Below are positions 25,620-36,603 of a stretch of DNA of 64,000 bases, piece after piece. Location of the stretch: contig JBDOQK010000020.1 of NCBI GenBank assembly GCA_040437565.1, positions 124,001 to 188,000 on the forward strand. The letters run 5' to 3'. Within the stretch, counting starts at the first letter, position 1. Every line of letters starts with the position of its first letter. This DNA comes from Albugo candida. Its lineage: Eukaryota. The position numbers and the translations under genes are program-made. The notes beneath the pieces were generated by a model, which saw only the letters and a list, made by a program, of their open reading frames with translations, was not told where the DNA came from and did no database searches.

Positions 25620-28250
25620 GAGAGCGCATGCATCAAGTCTGAGGTTTCTGGCGTTCGATTCCATTTGGGCGATTGTACGCTACCCGAAATCCTGTCGATC
25701 GCTACGGGTCCTGAACGTGGAACATCAACGGATTTCGACAGTATATGTCGGTGCAGCCGTCGTGCTTGGAAGAGGAGAAATACCTAACGCGACCAAATAC
25801 TTCAAAAGTTCCTTGCGTGAGAAAAAGTATTTTCAAGTCCAGCAATTGAGTCCCATTGATATTTTTGGCATCGACACGAACAGCGGTTTTCCCGCAAAGT
25901 ACGAAATGCTTCCACCCATCCGATTGATCATGAAGCCATGGGCCTTCAGGTTGCCGAATGAATACTGCCAACTCGATTTCGTTTTGAACTAAAGTGCCCT
26001 ATAGCAAGTCCAACTGCTTGAATGTCAGCGATATAAATTGAAATGCGGGTATTGAGTTTGGAAATGGTCGCTGACGTACGTGCGGTGTGAAAGTAACGGA
26101 AAATGAGGTACCATTGCTCGTTTCGAAAGATTTCGACTCAGATGAATGTATTTGATGCGGCACACAGCTAAGGTGCATGACGACATGAGTCGGGAGTAGT
26201 TGTATGGCAACTTGTTCACAGGATTGCTTGAGCATATCAGATTGGAATTCGAGGTGTCCGCTACTCTGAAAACGTGTATGCCAGTCAAGTTTGATTTGAG
26301 CTTGTAACAATTCGCAAAAGCGATCTTTCCAAGAGGGTGATAATGGAATTTCCACTAAAAGCTCGGCAAATGAGTCGAGTGCGAGTTGAATAGCGAAGAC
26401 ACTGACGATCGATAGCCACGCGAACTTTCGAGTCTATGGGAAATTGAGGATCCATTGCTTTTGCGGTGACTCAGAATGGCGATTCGGTCGGGTTCCATAG
26501 TTGAAAAATGACATAACAACACAAACTATCGCTCAGAATTGCTTTTGTTGCTTTATCGTTTGGAACACATGGAGCGTACATGTTCGCGTTCTCGACCCAA
26601 ATACTTTTCAGTGCCAAAGAAGGAAGGAGGTGAAGTACCATACTGAAGTTCGATTCGCAGTAATATCGCTCTGTGATTGTAGCGCCAAATGGTTTTGCCA
26701 TTGACGTAGACACAAGCTTCCACTGAAAGACAGCTTAGGTCTTGATGATTTGCTCCATTGGGAGTCAGGCTCCGACAGCATGAATCCGACATCGAAAAAG
26801 ACAGATATGCACATCCGTAGGCTCCGTGTCGATTGAACTGCTTGGCCGCCTTTTTTATCGCCCCAAACAATCATTGCATCCAGCAGCTTCTCGTGATTAG
26901 AACGTTGGTCTGATTCGCATATCTCAACCAAAAGTTGCGAATCCATTACTCGATGTCTTCCGATATTCTCAATCAATATTTCAAATCGTTTTGCCTCGCA
27001 CTCATAGAGCCATAATTGCTGATTCCCACTCCCTTTCGAGACGTTGAAATCGCTGGTGTCTGGAAGAGTGACATCGGACGCTTGATTGGACTTCAATTGC
27101 ATTGTTACTAGCGGAATCGGATGTAAAACTTGCAATAAGATCTTCCCAGTATTCAATTGGAATTTGTGATTGGCAATCTCACACCGAATTCCTCGTATTT
27201 CGATTGTTCCAGGATGCAATGGACGAAAGACTAGAGAACAATGATAAGCGTCTTGATACGGGAGAATTGTGAATGAAATGGATGACATTCCAAATCAGGC
27301 GCTGAATCTCTCGTTGAGTAAATTTCGTACTCTGATGCGTTCTCAGCCCTGGAGCTATATTGGGCCCATACCGTTGCGTCATTTATTGAGAGAGAAACTC
27401 GAATGTTATCGCGCACGCTTGAAGTTCTTTTGACTTTTCCATTTACAGCATCATTCTTCTTCATTCGATTTTGGGCATCAGAGACAATCTCAATTCCAGC
27501 AGCGTTGCTCTCGAGGGGTTTTGCTGAAGGGAATGGCTTTCCAAGTGCTTGATTTGTCCGAACGGCAAATACAGAAATGCATTCTCTTGGCTAATTGATC
27601 TGCCTTGCTGCTTGCCAACACGAGCTTGGAGTCGCTGTATCGCGTCTGATTCGAGTAAACTGGGAATCGACGATGTTTTCCATTTCGGCTGCATACATAG
27701 CTCTGATACAAAATTCCAGCCTTTGAGGACGACGAAAATTCGATCTAAAGGCGTAGTGCTTCTTCGTGACATGCGGTGATACATCTTCGAGATTGAAGAT
27801 TTCAACGTATTTGATCAAAATCTCGTAAGGAAGGATCACCGAAATATGATAGGAATTCTTCCGTTCTTCCATAGATTCAATCTTCTCTCGACCCAAAGCT
27901 GCCTGCTTGAGAGGTTCCAAGTCATCACCATGAAATGCTTTACGTTCTTCCACTAAGTCGAACGAGGTAGGTGATCTCATTGGAGAGGTATCGTTTGACT
28001 TTGAGGTATACGACTCACAAGCATTCGGGGCGAACTGCCATGGTGGAAAAGATCGATTCAGCTGCTGAGTTCATAGCAGACAAAGAAGACGTTCCAGAAG
28101 CCGACAATGAGAATGAGATGGATTTCCGTACCTTTGCTCTTGAATTCTCACCCTACATCAGAATAGAAGCATCCAACGATGAGGGTACTTGTTGATAGTG
28201 AATACTTGTGCGATCGAAAAGCTGAGTACACCAAGAAGGTTCTCATATGT
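25620..28250 (-). pseudogene. TRAPPC9/Trs120-like C-terminal region, fragmented (possibly decayed)
   Basis: Pieces AFLYLPF (cf. PFIYSPF), SISFTILPYQDAYHCSLVFRPLHPGTIEIRGIRCEI, LWLYECEAKRFEILIENIG and C-terminal LKILFLTQGTFEVFGRV resemble Trs120 Ig-like domains. Frames switch around 27.3-27.8 kb and no clear N-terminal half is present. Confidence 0.45.
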
Positions 28251-28841
28251 CGCTTTTGCACTTCCACCAGCGATTTACAATGCTTCGACTGCACAAATCA
28301 TTCGATTACGATAAAAATTCATTAGTACCCTTTGCTTGTGATTCGGATCCACTGAAAGAGAAAGCCAACGCTGATCACAAATTGCATTCCATTTCGTTTC
28401 CTCTTGTAATGGTATACGACCATGATGATTGTAATAGCTGAACGCGAGCGTAGTTTCCATACTCGAGATGATACGTGTCTCCTTATGGTACTCGTTGATC
28501 GTGTTAGCCAGATTATGTATTCGTTTTATACACAAATTTCCTTTAGTATCAGCAGAATTGCTACAGTGCAAATGAATTGACAGCAACCCAAGATAGAAAT
28601 ATAAAAGCAAACATATAAACTCGCCTAAATAGTAAGGATGGCGTGAATCTGCAAAGCCACACGAATTACAATCAATGCGACTTTTTAAACGTAGCATCAG
28701 TAGACTTTTATATTTGCTTTACCAGGTTTCCAAATATTGTGAGGGTGATATGTCTTAATTTCACGTCGGAATAACTACTGTTTCTTTACGGGAAACTAAA
28801 ACCGGCAAATGGTGTCAATTACTTTGCACAACACTCTCGGC

Positions 28842-28857
28842 TGCTCATTCAAAATTG
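28842..28857 (+). promoter_or_regulatory. Oomycete Inr/FPR-like core promoter motif
   Basis: GCTCATTCAAAATTG ~30 bp upstream of ATG 28873 resembles the oomycete GCTCATTYBNNNWTTY consensus. Confidence 0.5.
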
Positions 28858-28872
28858 ATACAATCTGTCAGT

Positions 28873-29950
28873 ATGATTGTCAAGTCATATCGAAGCATGG
28901 CAATTATCACGTTCATATTGCTTGACTCTGGTAGACAGCTTCCGGCATCGGGATTAGATTTATCAACTGCAATTTCGAGCAGTGATCTACGTAAAAGTAC
29001 ACTGGATCTGGTGCTACTGATGGTAATAAATTGCCCGGATGACAAAATAGAAGCATTGCTGAAAAGGCATCGAGTAAATTGGGATTACATATCAGACAAA
29101 AGCAAATCTGAATGCAGGTCGAAGATGATAAATGGTAAACAATTGGGTATAAAGAGTGTTGAACAGAAAAAGAAAATTGCAGACCAAGGAATCTTACTGG
29201 AAAACATGCCGACCAAGCATTTTGAAGAAGGTAATGAGGCAGAGTTAACATCAGACTTGCGTGCTACTAACAACCTTATTTCCGTGCGGGCACATGCAGA
29301 AACGCAGGAACGTCGAGCGGATATGACGAATGTCTACTTCATGCGAATTCCCAACCGTCAGACATTAAAAGCAAACTGATTCTGGAATTAAAATCCTTGA
29401 AGAAGTCTGCNNNNNNNNNNNNNNNNNNNNNNNNNNNNNNNNNNNNNNNNNNNNNNNNNNNNNNNNNNNNNNNNNNNNNNNNNNNNNNNNNNNNNNNNNN
29501 NNNNNNNNNNCTTATTTCCGTGCGGGCACATGCAGAAACGCAGGAACGTCGAGCGGATATGACGAATGTCTACTTCATGCGAATTCCCAACCGTCAGACA
29601 TTAAAAGCAAACTGATTCTGGAATTAAAATCCTTGAAGAAGTCTGCCGGTTCCCGCAATACCAATGAAAAACAAATTCATGATACCTCTCGAAAAGCAAA
29701 TGAAAAAGACCGCTTGTCAGAAACTTCAGCAATAACGCTCAGTCCTCCTCATGATGACAATATTGGGCAGCTTGAGAAAGTCTCGAATACAAAAGATGGG
29801 GAAGACCACTCGTCGGTCAATACAGAGCATCAGCCAAACTCTGGTGGTGAAAAGAAGAAAGCTTTTTTCCATCACTTCCACAAATCTCGCCAGGCAACTC
29901 TTGAATTGGCAAAGAAGGTGTTCAGCAGATTGGAAAAAGCTGGACGCTGA
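28873..29950 (+). CDS. Candidate secreted protein A (two exons; ~254 aa using acceptor 29307 and collapsing the gap overlap); paralog of 32700-34663, possibly truncated
   Basis: Leader MIVKSYRSMAIITFILL. Phase-1 intron from GT at 29231. C-terminal KKKAFFHHFHKSRQATLELAKKVFSRLEK motif is shared with the paralog. Confidence 0.6.
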
Positions 29951-32699
29951 ATGTACAGGTCAGCCCACAGTAGCGCTAAGGAACACTCCGAAAAGGTTAA
30001 TGGATGTATACGATCTAAGAAGAACGCAAAGAACGTGCAAACCGCGTCAACTGAAAATCCCGCATAAATGAGTGATTTTGGATCTCAAGCTTCAATCTAA
30101 TCAAAAGCGCCAGCAGATTCTATATTGATTTTTCGTTCAAAGAGATCAAATTGCACCGACAGCTTGAGGAAGAGTGCACAGCGTCGTCAGTAGACTTGTA
30201 AGAAAGCACCCTCGCATCATCATAAGCTCAAGAATAAATTCGCTTTTGCGGGATATCCTGATCCATAATCATATCAAGTGCCAGCAATCCACCTCCGCCC
30301 GTCACCATGGAACCTCGATGACATTGAAAGCCCCAACGAAATCACTTGTTTTATTTAATTTTGTGACATTTCTAATCAAAGCAGGACAGTAGGCGCTTCA
30401 TATTGATGCAACGATAAGAACATCGGCTGTACTACATTTCCAAGAAACCATTTCTTATGTCAAATAGACAGGCGGGCGGTTTTCCAGATCTTCCTTCTTT
30501 TGATGACTAAAAAGAGTCATTTAGGTGAATATGACAAGCCTCGCGAAGTAATCGCAGCATGCTGCTCAGAGTCAGCCTACGCTGTGGATAAACTGCTCGA
30601 CCCTCTGTTCTGCAAAGGCGTTCTTACAGAACCGATAGAGAATCGAGTGCCGATTGGGACTATTGCATCAATTATTTACCCGCTGCGAAATTTACATCAG
30701 TTTGTTTCGGCCAATCGCTTGGATATCGAAAGTCTATGAATTGAGATACCGATTGGAAATCTTCCTGAATGAATGTGCCGGGTGACGTGGTCGTGTGACG
30801 AGGGATGACATACGTAGACATTCGACCATAAAATGGATTATGTTGAACTGGATCAAAACTAGATTGACATGGGTGCTCTATATAAAAAGCTAGACACGCC
30901 ATTTCACATGTCCCCTCTTACGGGAGACATAATTATATGTTTTCGATCCAGGATCCAGGATTCTGTAGGCTGGAGACTGGAGATACACCAAGGATCTATT
31001 TCACGTCTTTGATGCTTTAATCGCTAGAGGGAACCCTTATTGGAATGCTGAGGAGCCATAAAAAAGGAATAAACCTTGGCTTTAGACTTATAAATGAGCA
31101 ACAAAGCATCTCTGCTGACTTTGCAAGAATGAGTGTGATAACACATGACGAATCCGAAACAGTAAACGCCCTCTGATTGATTGCAGCTTCAAAAGAGTAC
31201 GGAGCCCAGATCTGACTTTTGCAGCTCGTGCCACGTACGTCTCAAATTGTATGATGTCATAAATGTGGGCGCTACAGCTGCGGCTACAAAGAAATTCTGT
31301 ACGGATAATAAATGCTCTCACTCACATTTCGGTTCGCAGATAATCTCTTTACGCTTCCGATACCATAGCAACGCTTTTGCTTGTACAATAGACATCGACG
31401 CTGCGCCATTGCAGTTCCAGTCGCTCAGCATTTCACCACCAACAAGAAATGACCTACATAAAATATAAGCTTTTCTCAAGATTATGTACACACAAAAGCA
31501 AAGATATCGTACTTTTCATCATGCCAAAACTCTAAACAGGGTGCAAACACACAGAGTGGATTCAACTCTTCGTACTGCATCCACGAATGCCAGCTAAATC
31601 AGAAAGACGACATAGCATTTTAGCTTTGCAATGACGTTTGTGATGCGTTCCAGGTAGGAAGGATGATTGATTAAATTGCTTATACAGCTACTTGTACAAC
31701 CTATCGAAGGCCCTTATAATCGTGCAGCACGACATTTTACTTGTTTTCATCAACCCGAAGTGGCATAAATCGATCATGGTCTTCCGTCCACGGTGTGGGC
31801 CACTTATTATCTCATTCACATGACAAGTTACTATCAATATCATGCAATCTTGAATACTAAAAACAGTATGTACATATAGAGAGGCTTTATTGCACGTATC
31901 AATATCAAGGTTTGAAGAAATTAGATATCAAATATTAAAGGAGTCGATGATTATGCTAGTTTGTTCACTAAGTTTGTCCAGGGTGCATCGGCACCTAACC
32001 GTTTGACTCAAATTTTAATACTTTCCCGCTTTCGCATCGTACAACTTTACGCTTGTTCATTAGGCTGCGTTTCCTGCGTAAGAAACCACGAGTGAGTGTA
32101 ACAACTTCACTTACCCTTTTCCCAAAAATGTCGAATCACAGTGGTAGGCTTTCTTGCAGCAAAGTTGCATGGTCAAATAACCTTGACTTGATTAAAGTAA
32201 ACGGGAAACAGAAGCCTTCATGTCACTTCGCCTATTCCTCAAGTGCGGAATCGCACAACTTCGAATCATGTTGACTTCCCAAATTATTATATGAGACTAT
32301 ATTATATCCAATCCGATTGATATCTCTCCCATCGTGCCATATGAATCAAACATGGACAAAGAAAGAGCAGACTGGACTATGTCGCGATACAATCGATTGC
32401 GAAGTACGCGCTATCCTAGACTAGGACGGAAAGCAATGAGTAAAACAAATGGATCCTGCACCATACATGCGCATTGCTGAAGTCACATAGCGTTGGAACT
32501 GCATGTGATCCATCAATGCAATGTTGTTCAACGTTTCTATTTCCTTTATCAGGATCCTACTCTTTTGAGAATGGAACAGCTTGAATCAACCTGCCGAATC
32601 CCACTCTTTGATCCTTCCAGAAACGTGAAAGGCGCATTGAGTCTCTCACTTTTCAAAATACTTTCAACTGGGCACTTCTCATTGCACTAAACAATCAAA

Positions 32700-34663
32700 A
32701 TGGTTCGCGTCTCGATCCGAAGCTTGACAACCATTGCATCCATGCTCCTGAATCCAAGCCACCACTGCACAGCGTCAATCTCGAAATGTTTTGAGATGAT
32801 GGACCGTCAACTTCTGGAGATCGTGGTATACAGAGAAGACCCTAAACTTCATCATCACCTCTTTCAAAGCGATCTCACCTCTACAAATGGAATGAGAGAC
32901 TTTCTTCGATTGATTAAAGTGGACACTGCGGGAATACAAGACGGTCATATTTCTTCGATCCATCGGAAAGTACAAAATTTGGCAGAGGCTTGGAAGGATT
33001 CATTCACAAAATTGGATGAGTATAAATCTCAGAAAAAGAATTTTGAACAAGATGCATTCGCAAAAGGTAACGAAGCAATGCTTTCGCTGAATCGATGTAA
33101 TTAATAGTTTTGTTCTTCTTTGTGGGCATTTGTAGTAAACATGGAAGCAGACTTGGCGGAACGTGTGAAACAGATACTGAGTACTTGGGAACAAGTCCAT
33201 ACAAACAAGGATATTCTGATGACGGACTTGGAAAAGATGAGATCAAATCGTCGATTAACCGTTAACACCGATTCATCAACCCAACCCCAGAGTTCCCACA
33301 CTGGAGAATCGTCCAGTTCTAGTCAGAAGAAGTCTGAAGAANNNNNNNNNNNNNNNNNNNNNNNNNNNNNNNNNNNNNNNNNNNNNNNNNNNNNNNNNNN
33401 NNNNNNNNNNNNNNNNNNNNNNNNNNNNNNNNNNNNNNNNNCCGAAGCTTGACAACCATTGCATCCATGCTCCTGAATCCAAGCCACCACTGCACAGCGT
33501 CAATCTCGAAACATTTTGAGATGATGGACCGTCAACTTCTGGAGATCGTGGTATACAGAGAAGACCCTAAACTTCATCATCACCTCTTTCAAAGCGATCT
33601 CACCTCTACAAATGGAATGAGAGACTTTCTTCGATTGATTAAAGTGGACACCGCGGGAATACAAGACCGTCATATTTCTTCGATCCATCGGAAAGTACAA
33701 AATTTGGCAGAGGCTTGGAAGGATTCATTCACAAAATTGGATGAGTATAAATCTCAGAAAAAGAATTTTGAACAAGATGCATTCGCAAAAGGTAACGAAG
33801 CAATGCTTTCGCTGAATCGATGTAATTAATAGTTTTGTTCTTCTTTGTGGGCATTTGTAGTAAACATGGAAGCAGACTTGGCGGAACGTGTGAAACAGAT
33901 ACTGAGTACTTGGGAACAAGTCCATACAAACAAGGATATTCTGATGACGGACTTGGAAAAGATGAGATCAAATCGTCGATTAACCGTTAACACCGATTCA
34001 TCAACCCAACCCCAGAGTTCCCACACTGGAGAATCGTCCAGTTCTAGTCAGAAGAAGTCTGAAGAAACTCCCAGTTCTCCAAGGCATAATGCAGAGAAGC
34101 ACTCGTCACATCCTACGGTAGAAAGGGAAATTCCCATATCTTCTGGTGGGAACATCGCCAGTCATTCTGGTAACGGCGACAAAAAGAAGCAATCGTCACA
34201 TTCTACGGAAGCAGCTGCAACTCACAAAGATACTAAAAATCATGACAAAGCTAATTCTGTGCCAAACTCGGAGCCGAAGAAAAACTTTTTTGTTCATCAC
34301 TTTCACAGAATCCGCAAGGCTGCTAAATACGTAGGGTCAAAAGTGTTTGGTGGTATCAAAAGAAAGATTTCTGGTTCGTATACTAAAGCTCACAGCGCCA
34401 TCAGTAAACGCTTCGGTAAGGTTCGTGGTTGGTTTTCCAAGAAAGAGTCAAAATCCTCCAGTCCAAAAGCTCAATCCGAAATCGATCCCACGACTTCAAC
34501 CGAAAAGAAATCCTCCAGTTCAAAAGTTCAATCCGAACCCGAGCCCAAGACTTCAACCGAAAAAATATCCTCCAGTCCAAACGTTCAATCCGAATCCGAG
34601 TCCAAGACTTCAGCCGAAAAGAAATCCTCAGCACAATCTGCCTCAAAACTTCGTTCTCTCTAG
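32700..34663 (+). CDS. Candidate secreted protein B (two exons, intron 33067-33135; ~389 aa after collapsing the 725-bp-offset overlap)
   Basis: Leader MVRVSIRSLTTIASMLL, helical core, Ser/His/Lys-rich disordered region, cationic helix KKNFFVHHFHRIRKAAKYVGSKVFGGIKRKISG, three 20-aa C-terminal repeats. Confidence 0.75.
34449..34630 (+). repeat. 60-bp coding tandem repeat x3 (KSSSPKAQSEIDPTTSTEK-like)
   Basis: AAATCCTCCAGTCCAAAAG...ACTTCAACCGAAAAG units seen directly. Confidence 0.9.
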
Positions 34664-35334
34664 GACACATCTACATCAGCATACCGCTGGATCATTGGTC
34701 GAATCGGATAGACACCATAATGACCTCTAGGGATACCACGTTTTACGACAACATCCCCGCGCGGTCTTCGCCAAGAAGTCACTTTTTGCATCTTTTGATT
34801 CCATAATACATTTTTTTAAGGTTTTTCTTCATTTCTACAATCAGTAGAGCTATTATCCTCCATGTAGCAAAGGCTCAGATCTCGCGCAGTGAAACAGTGT
34901 TGTCAAAACCAAGTTTCTATAGTGACGTTTATGTCACGTCTTTGCTTCATCGCTGTTCGTATTGTTGCGCACCGCCATGCAGCTACTCTCACTCCACCAA
35001 TTTTTATACGGGCTCCGAACGTGCTTCCGTCAATTACAACAATTGGAGGAGAGTAGTCAAAGGAGCTTTGTAATTCCGATGAAGTCAGATCTGAGGGCAA
35101 CAAAAGATAAATCACTCCAACGATATTGAAGCCTTTTTAGATCTCGTGCTGTGAATTGTGTGACTTGGCTATCGACAGCCTCTTAAGCGGCTATCCTGTC
35201 CGCCACAATCTCAAGGCTTTCATGTGATATCTCCAACTATAGAACCACAAGATCCCACTCTCAAAACTTCCATACTATCAGCGAGAAAAGACTGCAATGG
35301 ATGGCGCAGATCGCAACCTTTATAGCATCCAAAA

Positions 35335-36357
35335 ATGTATCAAGACGTCTCGAAACCATCCAAGAGATTTCTCCTTTGGCAGGTCCCTAGACGCAAATGG
35401 TGCATCCTTCTTGTTATTTCCGTTTTGCTGATTATATCCGTTCTTGTGCTTCTCCTCATCTTTGTCATCGGGAAAGCGCTTGTAAAAAGAGCAATGAATC
35501 ACACAAAGCTATCTGTAAATTCTATCGATCTTGTTGGTGTACCCAAAGAACCTGATGCGACAGTGTTCGCCGTGCACATAAGTCTTCGCTTGGATTACTT
35601 CACACCTCTCAATGGAATTATCAAACCCTCGACCGCCACACTCACTTACGCGGGAAACGACTTTGGAAGCGCGAAAATACCGAACATCAAGCTGCCAAAA
35701 GGACACCAAGATCTCAATCTTGATCTCAACACATCAATAGAAATAACGAAAATCCCAACGTTGACGCGAATGAGTGCAGACATGTACACATCCAAATCCA
35801 TTTCTATTGAAAGCGCCGCGATTATCGATACTTCTGTCTGGGGAATTCGATACGAAGGCAATTATTTGCAGCGAACTTTCCAACTCGCTGGAATGAATAG
35901 ACTCAGCACACCACCGCCCAAAGTGAATGCTATCGTTCTTCGACATTGCTCCACAACCAAATATCTCATCGATATCGATGCGACGCTGGATAATATATCT
36001 CAACTGGGATTTCGTAACGTGGGGTATCTCAATATGAGCGTTTATTATGAAACTCAGTATCTCGGATACGCAATGTCTGGGTCACCGACACAAGGGCTCC
36101 CAAGAGGTGAAAGCAATCAATCGTTCACTGTCACCATACGCAATTCCCCAGTCACAAAGCAAGTAATCAATCGAATGATTTCAGGAATTATGGGAAATCA
36201 CGCGCAGTTTCACATTGTCGGTGATCATCCCTACATTTCGCCATTCAAAATATTGCAACAGGCTTTGAGTACATTTAATCTCAGTGTTTTGTATACGGAT
36301 GGCATGGGCAAAGTTCGTATCGATCCAGATTGTGATATGAGTGCTCTCGTCGCATGA
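35335..36357 (+). CDS. Type II membrane protein, DUF3712/LEA_2-like beta-rich ectodomain (paralog 1)
   Basis: Single N-terminal TM helix after RFLLWQV. Closely similar to the neighbouring ORF (PPPKVN, ATLDNISQLG, LNMSVYYE, GLPRGESNQSF, FNLSVLYTDG). Confidence 0.75.
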   Translation: MYQDVSKPSKRFLLWQVPRRKWCILLVISVLLIISVLVLLLIFVIGKALVKRAMNHTKLSVNSIDLVGVPKEPDATVFAVHISLRLDYFTPLNGIIKPSTATLTYAGNDFGSAKIPNIKLPKGHQDLNLDLNTSIEITKIPTLTRMSADMYTSKSISIESAAIIDTSVWGIRYEGNYLQRTFQLAGMNRLSTPPPKVNAIVLRHCSTTKYLIDIDATLDNISQLGFRNVGYLNMSVYYETQYLGYAMSGSPTQGLPRGESNQSFTVTIRNSPVTKQVINRMISGIMGNHAQFHIVGDHPYISPFKILQQALSTFNLSVLYTDGMGKVRIDPDCDMSALVA

Positions 36358-36603
36358 GCTTGGGACAGTCCTTTCCGTGATCTTTTCTACTTTGCAGTGT
36401 CAGCGACTTGGACAATGCTCAAATAATAGCCATTTTATTCTTGCGTCAGACGAAATCATACAGTCTAGAACCAGCACTTTGCTTTGAAAAATAGAAAAAA
36501 GTTAGTGACTTGATGTCGCCTTGGCGTGAAGATTGAGCGTGTCCATATTCCGAATTACGAGCGCAGGCATCGTCTCAAAGAAAACATACGTTAAGACTGA
36601 GAA

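Noticed and set aside
30100-32600. Short ORFs between genes A and B
   Set aside because: No recognisable motifs or splice-consistent model.
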